A DNA stretch of 64,000 nt from the NCBI GenBank assembly GCA_964016885.1, contig OZ024740.1, positions 333,188,001 to 333,252,000 on the forward strand. Reading direction: 5' to 3'. A program made the position numbers and the translations under genes. Position 1 is the stretch's first letter; each line of letters opens with the position of its first letter. Shown here piece after piece: positions 27,218 to 39,778 of the stretch. This DNA comes from Eledone cirrhosa. Its lineage: Eukaryota. Below the pieces are notes generated by a model. The model had not been told where the DNA came from, made no database searches, and saw only the letters and a list, made by a program, of their open reading frames with translations.

Positions 27218-28237
27218 TATATACATTTATTTATTTTTCTATTTACATATTTATTTATTTATATGTGTGCATGTATGCATGTAAGTATGTGTATGGATGT
27301 ATGTATATGGTTACATTGTTTATATTTGTGCATGTATAACAGGATGAATCCTTTCATGTATGACCCTGTATGACCTTTTGTACAGATTTATATGACTGTG
27401 AGTATATCAGATTTGGGTACGGACAGAGATATATATACATGTGTGCGTGTATCTATCTTTGTGGATGTATGTGGGCACGGAGGTATTTGGGTGCGTATTT
27501 GTTTGAATGTATATGAGCCAGTGTGTGTGTGTGTGGGTGTGTGGGTGTGTGTACGTGCACCTACATAGGGTAGCGACAGTTTGTGAGTATGTTTATGTGC
27601 GTGTACATATACATATGTGTATACGTGTGTGTGTGTGTGTGTGTGCGCGCGTCTGCGTGCGTGTGAGATCGGATGTACGAGGGCATATAGCAGGCGCCTG
27701 TGGACGCGTATGTTGGTAATTATATGGTTGTGGGCGGTTGTGGGTATGTGTGATAGTGTGTGTGTGTATATGTATATGGGTCTGTATATGTACATATGTG
27801 TGTGTACATATGTGTATGCGTATATATGTATGTGTACGCGTGTGTGTGTATGTGTATATATGTGTGTGGGTATATATGTGTGTGTGAGCGGACTTGTCAA
27901 ATGCCAAACCCAACATGAGTTCATTGAAGTGTGTCGGACGGAGAGAAGCTGATGGATAGTATGGCAGCAAATATTGACCAGAATTTATGATGACGTAAAT
28001 AAACAACAGCCAATAGCAAGACAATCGAGGAAGATGTATTTTGAAGCTAACACCCCAGTGAGAAAATTTGTTCCGAAAGTATTTCCTGTGTCCGACGAAC
28101 CTGCAGATCTAGAATCAAACAGATCCATACAATGATCGTGTCTCCAGCTATCTGCCGGCGAAACAATTGTAACACACAATATACTGAGTCCAGATGCATC
28201 ACTGATTTTTCGATTTATATTATATATATATATACAA

Positions 28238-29720
28238 TGATATTAAATAAATGGAAACTATATTTATAAAACCATATCTATTCTAATATATATATTTCAA
28301 GGGTACCAAAACTTTGGTACGCTTTCATCAGATTATATACATAATTTGTTTTATAAATGTTGACATAACCTTAACGGTTCAAGTTTTTCTTGGATAGTGA
28401 AGGGAAAAGAGAAGAAAAGTCAGATATTTCAAATTATTAAGATGTGTATGAAAATGAGGTTGAGGTATAAGGCTGAAATAACGTTATTTTAGACGCTATG
28501 CAGAATTTAAATACTTAGGATATATGTATGAGTAGCAAGAAGAAAAAAGAAAGAAGAGCTTGTATTTACGTTAATTTAAAAGGAATTAACAATTTGCGGG
28601 AATAGTGGAATATGATTCCAGATTTTAAATTTATTTAGGCTACATTATGAGTTATAATATTGTATATATAATCAATTAGATTATATGAAGAATGATGGTT
28701 TTAAGTAGATTTTATCTTATTATATAAGGTTGTAAGTATATAAATATCTATATAGATTAATAATTGTGCATGTATAAGTATTATAGAAATAGAAATAATT
28801 TACAATTATTAGTTGTTTACATTTCTAATATGAGTTACGAAGGATGTTGACTTTGCATTTTTACATAAAAAAACAGGTAGTTAAAGTTGTAAGAGGAAAC
28901 TAATTTGTAGATTCGAATATTTTCTTCCAACATTGAAAATTGTTTTAGAATATTTCAGAAAATTTAGCGAAGTTATATAGTTTATTATACATATTATTAT
29001 AATATAATGTTTATGTTTGCACGATTGAAACGGGAAAGATAACTCCAATCTTTTTTGTTAACCGTTAAATTTGATGAATGATTTACTCAGAAAATATATA
29101 GAGAAAATTATATATTATTTTGTATGAGATTAATTTCAATTATATATTATTTTAGTCGATAGATGTGTGAAAGTTCGAAGAGCAAAAGGAGTGGAAAAAT
29201 GTAACGTGCATTTCGAAGAACTATCGTAAAGAGGATAAACTTTCAGAATGTCAATTAAAGATTATCAATCGACATCTAAAAAATATATTTAGAGGGGTAT
29301 CATTAGGAACATAATGTCAAAAGGTAAAAATAGTAAAAAAGAAATATTCAAAACTTAAAACATTAATGTCAAATGGTAAAAATAATAGAAATATAAAAAA
29401 ATTAAGAAGGAAGATCATTTAAAAATTTAAATTTAAATTTTTAAAGAAAATAGGATCACGTTGAAGGTGTATAAGATATAGTCAAGTGTCATGAATATTA
29501 TAAATTAAAAATACTTCTGAAAGTGGAATTTTGGCGTTGTCTGTAAGTAGAAAATAATTCTGTTTTAAGATTAATAGACATTTGAAAGTTAATTATATAA
29601 AAAGCTTTCCTCGATACACAAGTTACAGAAAGCCATATTTCGGTATGTAGGTGCTTTCTAAATCGTTCCTCAAGATATTGAATAGTCTATATTATTGTCT
29701 TTTAAGTTCCAAAATAAATG
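28238..29720 (-). mobile_element. Highly degraded PLE-derived segment ending in an HHR-bearing pLTR related to the 9711 palindrome arm
   Basis: 28238-28300 matches 9713-9775. The minus strand near 29600-29690 gives ERFRKH and CNLCIEES, which resemble GIY-YIG C-terminal motifs. Confidence 0.5.
28280..28338 (-). ncRNA. Hammerhead ribozyme motif
   Basis: Minus strand: CTGATGA-aag.gtaccaaa/tttggtac.ctt-GAAAT-atat-ATA. Helix I is imperfect. Confidence 0.65.
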
Positions 29721-29912
29721 TGAAAGTTAAGTGGATGTATATATATGTATGTATGTATCTATGTATATATATATATAGTAATAATAATAAATTTGAAGAC
29801 TAAAATCCAAAGAGGGCTCGATAATGATAAATATATATCAAATATATAAGAACTGTAGAGCAAATATTTATTAAAATAACAGATTCAAGTTTAAGCAAAG
29901 AATCGCTGCTTT

Positions 29913-29997
29913 CATCCTTAACGGGATCTTCTGAAACTCAAGAAGATCCCGTTAAGGATCCCGTTAAGGATCCCGTTAAGGATGTAGGGTCATACCT

Positions 29998-30051
<54 letters not shown>

Positions 30052-30122
30052 AGGTATGACACCGACAGCAGAGCTCAAGCCGTCGGCTTGAGCTCTGCCG
30101 TCCGGGTCATACCTTTTCATAT
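29913..30122. repeat. Two short perfect hairpins plus a 12-bp tandem (GATCCCGTTAAG x3)
   Basis: 29913-29932 pairs with 29941-29959. 30046-30120 is a ~37-bp-arm palindrome centred on CCG-T-CGG. Confidence 0.9.
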
Positions 30123-31087
30123 TACCCACTCTACTACCCTAAGTATTGAGCACTCTGGTGCGTTTATGGTCCATCGTTTATGGTCCTTACCACAATTCCT
30201 TAGTTATATATATATGCGTGTGAGTGTGTGTATATGTAGGTATGTATATGTATATTCATCACGCACAATAAATGTGTCTGAAGAAGCGTTTTGCATGCTG
30301 TATCCGCTCACTTGTTGGTTGAGAGTGCCAATTATATTTTCTTTTGTATGTGGAAATATATTAATATCTGGTTGCATCAAACTAATATAAATTGTCAATT
30401 ATACACAACACGTCAACATGAAATATAATAATATTCTTTCCAAACAAAGGTTTTGGAACTGAATCAATGGAGGATTGTATATTTGTCATCTTTGTCAAAA
30501 TCAAAAACTTTTCCCTTGTTCCATATCACATTGTTATCATCTAACACAATTATGTGAAACATACATTCTCTGATACCTATATAAACCCATAGGCACACGA
30601 TTTGACGTAATATTGTCTACCTAAAATATATATGTATAAAATTGTTATTACAGTACCAATTTATAATGACAGTTTACATGAAATATTAATCTTTTCTTCA
30701 ATAAGATGGAATAAAAAGAGCTGAAAATGTTTTCCTCAAATCTAAGTGATATTAGACTATTTAGATTTAGTAGCTTTTACTGTACATGTAACCAATAAAT
30801 TTATCATCAAGCGGCCGTATAAGTGAAGTTTAGACTATCTTGGTTTGGTTCTTTCTATGAACGACTATATTTATTATTTATCATTATATATATATGCACA
30901 TAATACTAGTTGTTTCTCAACTAGATATATGGAAGAGGCTTTTGTATACCGTTTTATTATATGTATATATATATATATATAAGTATTGAAATTTCCGTTG
31001 AAAACAGAAAAGGACATAGAAGTGAAGAGTGCTCTATGTAAGTACCAGAGCAAAATTTAATGTATAAAAATCAATACACTATAATTA

Positions 31088-31157
31088 CCTCATTACCAGA
31101 GGTTTCCCGAATGAGGCGAATACGAAAGAAACGTCTTCATTCGTTCGTCAGACGAGG
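31088..31157 (-). ncRNA. Type I hammerhead ribozyme
   Basis: Minus strand: cctcgt-CTGACGA-a-cgaatga...tcattcg-g-GAAAC-ctctg-GTA-atgagg. Confidence 0.85.
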
Positions 31158-31898
31158 CAATATAAAACATGGCTAAATACTTGGAAAGTCTCATCAAGAG
31201 AAGCAAAAAAATTATATAAATATAGACAAATGAATTACAATAGCCATATGAAATATATAAAAATCTTTCAAGAAATATAGTTAGGTGTGTGTATATGTAT
31301 GTATATACGCTCACAGATGTACATATATGTGTATGCACAAATGTGTACGTATAGTGAAAAAGTGTGTGTAAATATATCTGTGTATCTGTAAGCTACAGAC
31401 AGACATGATGTGGTTTTCTGTTTGGCAGGTACACAGAAAAAATAGGGTAATAGATACATTATAAGAATAAAAAGGCACGCATATAAACACACCCACACGC
31501 GCGTACACTTATATGCGGAAGTAAAAGAGGTAAGAGAGTGTAATAATTAAAAGAAAGTATCTTTCTCGATATATTTATAAAAATGGAACAATAATTTAGA
31601 AAGAAAAAATTAAAGAAAAGAAGACAAACAAGGTACACGCATACACACACACGTATATCTACAAGAAACGTATATCTATAAGAAATATATATATATACAC
31701 GCAAAAAACGTGCTGACAAAAGCGTATGCAAGCACATCTACACACACAGGATGCACATATATACGCATATACGCCTCGCCCCATGTATATCTAATCACGC
31801 GCACGCACTCGACTGTATACACACTCGCACACACACACACACACAAAAATATAAATGCTTATATACATACGCACACTTACACATCGATACATTCGGTA

Positions 31899-31978
<80 letters not shown>

Positions 31979-32414
31979 TACATACACTCACGCATATTGA
32001 CCTGTTTACATGCACACGCATAAAAATGAGGATGTAAAAAAAAGGAAAGAAGAAAAAAACAAAACAAAAAACAGATGTAAAAACACGGATATAAAGACAC
32101 ATATACATATACATATATATAGACAAATATATACACGCACGCGCGCGCACATACGGATGCGCTCGTGTACATATATAGAAAGTATACACACATTAAGGCG
32201 TTCAGACACATAGATACAGGGTGTAAAAAACTTGTGGATAAGTAAGTACAAAATTAAAATTATAAGATTGGCTGCGAAAAAATAAAAAATACAAATAAAA
32301 AATATCTGGAGTGGAAAACGCAAGTGACTTCTGTAATCAGTTAGTGAAAAAATAGGTAAGTAAAAAGTGGAAATTGAAGATATTAGGTAGGTGAATCGGA
32401 GAATAAAGGGGAGG

Positions 32415-33352
32415 TATTCTTATAAACCATACCATAAACCTAATGAAAACTTAAAATATATAAATAAAGGCTCTTGCCATCCTCCTATAGTTTTTAAAAA
32501 CCTTATCCCTATTATTAGCCGTAGGATCTCCACCCTCTCTTCCTCAGAAGCTATTTTTAATAAGGCATCCCCCTACTATAATAAAGCCCTCCAAAATAGC
32601 GGTTTTAGCGAACCGATTAAATACATAGCCAACTACACCAACTCTATTAAACATAAAAACAGGAAAAGAAAAGTAATCTGGTTCACACACCCCTACTCAC
32701 TAGCAGTTAAAACTAATGTAGGCAAAACATTCCTAGAGCTCCTAGATAAACATTTTCCTAGAACACATAGATACTATAAGATCTTTAATAGAAACTGTGT
32801 CAAAATTAGCTATTCCTGCGGTCCCCCTATTAAGACCTATATCATCAACAAAAAATCACCTACAGAACATCAAAATTGCTCCTGTAGAATCAAAAGTGAA
32901 TGCCCATTACAAGGTAAATGCAACACCAAAGCCATTGTATATGCGGCTAAAGTGACAACCATCAGCAACAACCATCCAGCCACCAGTGAACGATATGTGG
33001 GTATGACGCAAGACAAATTCAAAACGCGTTATTACTCACATGTCGCATCCTTTCGACATCCAGAAAAAAGATTTACAACAGCTCTGGCTAGCAGAATATG
33101 GGATTTGAAAGACCAAGGTATCCAATATAAATTAGTTTGGTCAATTTTGAACCAATCTAAAGAATATGCAAGAGTAACAAGAAAATACACGCTCTGCATA
33201 AATGAAAAATATTGGATCTTGCAAAATTTAAATCACCAAAGACCTGCCTGAACACAAAGTCGGAAATGTTCACCAGTTGCCCACACATGAAATCACACCT
33301 GCTTTCCAGCTCATATAAACTTAACACACTTTCAGATACTTATCCTCCATAA
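32415..33352 (+). pseudogene. PLE thumb + Cys linker + GIY-YIG endonuclease (Naiad-like, tentative)
   Basis: YKPYHKPN..YINKGSCHPP, CSCRIKSECPLQGKC, AIVYAAKV..YVGMTQDKFKTRYYSH and LCINEK. A frameshift near 33220 continues as LNTKSEMFTSCPH. Confidence 0.9.
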
Positions 33353-34940
33353 ACTCTTATTATTCTCTTTATAACTACCCTTTCTGATTTACTTTCATTT
33401 TTATCCTTATTATTAATTTCATTTATATCTTATTTTTATATTTTTTTTATTTTTACTTCACATCCACCAAAACCCCCCTCCCCCCTTTATTCTCCGATTC
33501 ACTTACCTAATATCTTCACTTTCCACTTTTTACTTCCCTATTTTCTTCACTAACTGATTACAGAAGTCACTTGCGTTTTCCACTCCAGATATTTTTTATT
33601 TGTATTTTTTATTTTTTCGCAGCCAATCTTATAATTTTAATTTTGTACTTACTTATCCACAAGTTTTTTACACCCTGTATCTATGTGTCTGAACGCATCA
33701 ATGTGTGTATACTTTCTATATATGTACACGAGCGCCTCCGTATGTGCGCGCGCGTGCGTGTATATATTTGTGTATATATATGTGTATGTATATGTGTTTT
33801 TATATCCGTGTTTTTACATCTATGTTTTTTGTTTTGTTTTTTCTTCTTCCCTTTTTTTACATCCTCATTTTTATGCGTGTGCATGTAAATAGGTCAATAT
33901 GCGTGAGTGTATGTATGTGTGTGTGTGTGTGTACGTACCGAATGTATCGATGTGTAAGTGTGCGTGTGTATATAACCATGCATATTTTTGTGTGTGTGTG
34001 TGTGTGCGAGTGTGTATACAGTCGCGTGCGTGCGCGTGATTAGATATACATGGGGCGAGGCGTATATGCGTATATATGTGCATCCTGTGTGTGTAGATGT
34101 GCTTGCATACGCTTTTGTCTGCACCTTTTTTGCGTGTATATATATATATTTCTTATAGATATACGTTTCTTGTAGATCATTATTATTCACTGCATGTGAT
34201 CACATTGAGATTGATATTATGCTATATGGCAAGGTAAACACTTGCACTGAAAGACAAATTATAGGCTAATCTACTAAATTAGCTACTCCTCATTAACAAG
34301 TGCATTTAGAATTAATGATAAATAAAGGAATGTTTATAATCATAACATCACGTTATGTATATTTGAGTTTGCATGCATAACCAGTGATATTGGGTAGATT
34401 GAAATTGCATGTTTGTTTAATTAATTAAACGTATAGAACTTGTAAACTATGATAGACTAGTGAATATATCTAGTACCTTCTACACATACGAGACATTGAT
34501 AATACATACATGGAAATACAAAAGGAAAATGAAGCATAAATAAGAGGTAAACTGCAAGAAAAAGAAAGAATAGGCCAGCTATAAAGCAGTTGAAATTTCT
34601 GTTGTTGAACCAAATCAGAAATATCTATGACTATTTAACCCGCCTCTTATTTTGGTCATTTTTTAAAGACCTGCTAAAATACGTTCTCACTCGCAGATTA
34701 TTATTGTCTGCAATGGAACAAATATATTGGGAATGTAGTCCTTATATATTATTTCCTTTATCGTCCCGCCTTTGCTACTTCCTCTGCGTTCCTTTTTCTA
34801 TTAATATTCGTGATTGACTGATATCAAAAGCACTGTTATTTGTTTAGTATATTCTGAAGGATGAGTAACTTCTCTCAATAGAGCTTTTTTATATTTCTGA
34901 CCCAACCATTTATTATTGATTGAGACAGTTCTAGATTCGA

Positions 34941-36925
34941 TACCGTGTAACATATTTTTTGTTCCCCGGTTCTAAGTGTCATTTCATGGTTTGTTATATC
35001 CCATTATTATTTAAAAAAAACACTATTATTTAATCAGAAGTTTGGGTTTGTGGTCAGGAGTTTGATATTTCAAAATTTTCATATTTTTCAAGAAAAAACA
35101 CATTTTTTTTAAATTTAGCATTTCATATAATTAAATCAACAGAGTATCTATTTATTTTATTACACAAGATTATCAAAAGCAAACAAATAAAAACAAATAA
35201 CACTTATAAAGCAACTTATATACGTCAGAAATGACTAGATTTCCTGGATTTGTGGTTGTAGTCCAGGTCGCATTCCCGAAACTAGCTTCCATATATACTC
35301 CCCATCATTTTTTCCTTGTTGTGGCCCTGGTACATTCGCTCTCTCTCTTTCACATCTTCGTGGAATCGTTCGCCTTGTTCTTCTGAGCAGGCGCCCATAT
35401 TGTCCTTGAATTGTTCCAGATGAGCGTCCAGCATATGGAGTTTAAGCGACATCCTGCATCCCATGGCGCCAAAAGCCTTTAACATATCCTGCACCAGTTG
35501 CTGGTAGATTTCAGCTCTGTACGTGCTCAGGACGCCCTTAACAACTGCCTTGAAACAGTTCCATGGTGTTCTCTCAATCCTATTGAGCTTATTGGAGAAC
35601 TCGGTAGACTTAAACACCTTCTTTATCTGAGGACGAACAAAAATTCCACCTTTGATTTTAGACTCAGATAATTTGGGGAAGAACTCGAGAAGGTACTTAA
35701 AAGCGGCTGATTCTTGGTTGAGAGGCTTCACAAACTGCTTCATTAACCACAACTTAATGTGCAATGGCGGCATCAACACAATCCTGGGATCAACCCGTGG
35801 CTCCCACATGACGTTCCGGGTCCCAACTACAAATTCTGTTCGCTGCTCCCAGTTCTTTCTTTTGTAGTGGTCAGATGTGGTTCTGCTGTCCCAAAGGCAG
35901 AGGAAGCATTGAGATCTTATAAAGCCTCCTTGGAGTCCAAGCAGGAAAGCCACCATCTTGAAGTCTCCAATTATTTCCCAATTGTACTGGTTGTATTGCA
36001 GAGCTTCCAAGAGGACTTTCACACTGTAGCAATCGTCCTTCAGGCAGACTGAATGAGCTAGGGTCAATGTCAGGAACTTGTTTCCATTGTGGAGGAGGAC
36101 AGCCTTCAAACTTGTGGTGTAGCTGTCTATAAATAGCCGCCACTCCTTGGGCACAAACGGCACCCCAATAACGTCAAACAGTCCAGGCACGTCATAGCAA
36201 AAGCAAAGGCCATCCCTAAGAGTGTAAAAGCCTGAGAAAGGTTCGTGTCGACTTCTCTGACTTGTCACCTGCACTTCCTCCTTGACCAAGTTCCACTGCT
36301 TCATCCTGGAGAATGAATACATCCGTATTGGACTTGGTCAGACCCATATCCCTGACCAAGTCATTGACTTCTTTTTGGTTTGGGTAGTGAGGAACTTTTT
36401 CTGATACCACAGGCAGGTAATCCAAGTCCTCAGCATCCATCTCCACCTCTTCATCAGAAATGGAAAATAAATTTGATATGCAATACAAAATAAATATTGG
36501 AAGGGAAATAGATATTTAAATAATATAAAAGAACACTAATCATACTAATTAAAATTCGTGCTTAAAACACAACTTACCCTTTATTCAGGGTGCGAAAATC
36601 CAATATCAATAAATCTCTTTAATCCACTTTTTAACAATTTCATACTTTATTGCACTTTTATAATTTTCTTTAGGTATTAATCTTTATTTTATGATTTTAA
36701 TTTAACCTGAAACATATATTAAAAAATCATTTAACATAAGGAAAGTAAACTTAAATACAACGTAAAATCCAGCATACAAATAATTCTAGTGAATAGCGTA
36801 GAATTTTTACAGACCAAAACTTTTAACTGTTTAATAGCACTTTTTTTTTATTGATTTGGGACCTAAGCAACACGAAAAAAGTGATTACAAGCCAGGAAGA
36901 GAGAAAAAAAAATTGTTACGCGGAG
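34941..36925 (-). mobile_element. DNA transposon, Chapaev3-like (CMC group)
   Basis: Imperfect TIRs TACCGTGTAACA (34941) and TGTTACGCGGAG (36925) flank a transposase. Confidence 0.75.
35282..36488 (-). pseudogene. Chapaev3-like transposase, frameshifted and N-terminally incomplete
   Basis: EWRLFIDS..SLKAVLLHNGN, GDFKMV..LGLQGG, CFLCLWDSR, PPLHIKL.LMKQFVK, MSLKLHML.AHL and SEEQGERFHED. Two overlapping frames: 36216..36488 and 35282..36322. Confidence 0.8.
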
Positions 36926-38829
36926 TTATAAACCTTTTTTTCCATAACATTTCTTTAGCTGAATCTACGAATAACATAATTCACCACCAATATGCAAGAC
37001 ATTGTGCAATTCTTATGTAATCTGAATGTCATATCTCTTATTTTCGAAAGAACCCTTTCATCCACATTCTATTTCATTGTCAGAATGTGTTCCATCTCTA
37101 TAGCTGATCCAGTTGTTAAATGTGATTGACGCTCTCATATTATTAGGAAATTATTTATCCATTGAGTTTTTATCGTTATTTTAAACGATTTTAATTGTTC
37201 TACACATGATAGAATCCAAATGTTCTACTGCTTTCGTTTTTCATTTAAATTAAGCAGTTAGAAATTTAAGCTTCCTAAATTCTTCTATTAGTCAATGTGT
37301 AGGGGATAACAGTGTTTCAGGAAAAATAGGTATTTTGGGAGTAGATCCTAGACATCCAAACATAGTTTTGGTTTATCTGAGGAATATATGCATCAACAAT
37401 TAGTGCTTGTGTCCCCCCCAATTCCAGCTGCTCTACACAAATTCATTATACAACATCCAGTTACTATCCCTCAGGTTGATATTTCTTTGAAAAAATGTTA
37501 CTTACATACAATGTTGAGTTCAGTTGTTTCAGTGAGTACTTCATATGAGTTCGAATCCAAATAAATTTGTAACTGACGATCTTTATAGATGTATTAACAG
37601 TTGGTTTATTATAATTCATCACACTCACATTTGATACCCTCAGGATTATGAAAGTCAATTAATTGTATTTTAGAGGGATCATATTGTGGGCCGTTTTCAT
37701 TTGCATCTTTAATTATAGTTGATGGGGAGGAGCATAATATAGTCATTGAAACATTGGGCCTTTGCACCCTTCCACTGTTAACCAATTGTTTTCTGCCATT
37801 GAACTCAATACATATTTAGCGATGTACTTAAAATATGCATTGATTTAGATGTAGAAGACAGTACAGAAAATATCTGAGTATAGCAAATTTGAATTTCTGT
37901 TATGATTATCTGGAACATATTTTCTGGCAATATCACTTGTCGTTTCCATTATGTTATTATTAGCAACTAATTCCTTCTATGCTACAATATCAAGTTTTCT
38001 ACAGACAGAATAAGTTAAATAAATAAATGGAAAACAAGATAGTTTCGTCACCAAGAATGTGAATGTAATCAGGCAGAATGTTGATAACACTAGTTTTGAA
38101 ACATTTTTTTTTACAAATCTTTTCTTTAAAAAGTATTTTTAGTTGAAATAATATGATCGATATCAGACTTTCTTTTTGCCAATTCTTTCAAGCTATAATT
38201 TTAGTTGAATAACTTATGATATAACAAAAGATTGTCTCCAGTGCCAAAGTCTTGTTAAGAACGCTATTGTGATAAATCGTCTTTCTCAAGGTCTGTCTAT
38301 ATATTGTAAAATTTACCAGAGTAAACTTCCTGTCCCAGAGGAATTAAAATGTTTGTACGCACCCACAAATACACACAGATACAGCACACAATTTTATATC
38401 TCTGTATATTTTCTGTATATGCAAATGTTTGTGTGTATGTATGATATCGAATATGTGCATATTTATTATATATTTAAACATTTTTATTGTTATAGTTATC
38501 AATATATGTGAATATATGAACACGTAAACCATAATGAAGCTGGAAATGTGCCGCCGCCTGGACATACAGAAGGTCTTGGGTATTTTTGGCCTAGGTAAAT
38601 CAGCTCTTCTCCAGGTTTGAACAAGACCGTTCTGAGAAAGTGAGAGAGTTGTAGGGAAAGAGAAAGGAAGGAAGAGACAGACACGGAGAAGAAATGAGTG
38701 AGAAACATTTATATCGAATTCAAAATATGGAATACAAAATCAACATCGTTGGGTTTTTAGCTCAGATTTCAATATCCGAAGAGAATGAATAAAGGAATGA
38801 TCTTTCTAAATCACAGATTTTATGAATAG

Positions 38830-38938
<109 letters not shown>

Positions 38939-39016
38939 TATATTATATTTTGAGAATAAACTCTCAGTCGTTTACAATAATTAAGCTCCAGGAAGGGGCT
39001 CTTCCGAGCAGTTAAA

Positions 39017-39593
39017 TACATTTAAAGTATATGATAAACACGAAATGTGTTTACATTGCAACAGACAAAGTTAGACATTAATGAAATAAACTAATAAAAG
39101 TGAATACAATTTGTCTGTCTCGATACAAGTCAATAAGAGCTGATCCTTAATCCTGCATAAGCGGCTGTTATTTCTAGCACCGTGAATGTGGGATAGCTAG
39201 TTTTGGCCTACCTACGCACGTGTAGTCAGACCTGCAAAATGTTTGATGTCAGATAGAATAATTTTACTGGATTTCTGTTGATAAGCACAGAAGATTTGGA
39301 CATTTCACTCTTTTATTTCTATTCCATTTCGATTCTCTTTATTTTTCAATTCACATTCCACCGTTGCGAAACTTATTTGGGTTTCGAGGTTCAAATTCGT
39401 CTACAGAACAGGTTTGAATTTTGAAATTTAAATATGTCCAGGAATCATGGCCGTTGCCAATATAAGCTTGTCTTTATTGACTTGTATCAAGACAGACAAA
39501 TTGTATTCACTTTTATTAGTTTATTTCATTAATGGCTAACTTTGTCTGTTGCAATGTAAACACATTTCGTGTTTATCATATACTTTAAATGTA
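39017..39593. repeat. Inverted repeat, ~120 bp arms with ~335 bp spacer
   Basis: 39017-39136 is the reverse complement of 39474-39593. Confidence 0.9.
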
Positions 39594-39669
39594 TATATAT
39601 ATATATATATGTATATAGTGAAATATTGAAGAATAACATAGTCGGCTGTACAAGGGGCTTTATTTCAAG

Positions 39670-39778
39670 TATTAACAATTGTTTCATTGATTAGGTGAGT
39701 CTAAACGCCGCTAATCACGCAAAGTTGCGTCATTCGACCTTAAATACACTGTTTACCTCTGATCAAATCCTCAGAATA
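39670..39778 (-). ncRNA. Hammerhead ribozyme with extended helix II (downstream pLTR)
   Basis: Minus strand: tatt-CTGAGGA-t-ttgatcag...ctaatcaa-t-GAAAC-aatt-GTT-aata. Confidence 0.7.

Larger units (their letters stand above)
30990..34177 (+). mobile_element. 5'-truncated PLE with inverted upstream pLTR copy
   Basis: 31657-32412 is the reverse complement of 33481-34177, and these arms flank a thumb/GIY-YIG ORF. An HHR lies in the inverted copy. Confidence 0.88.
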
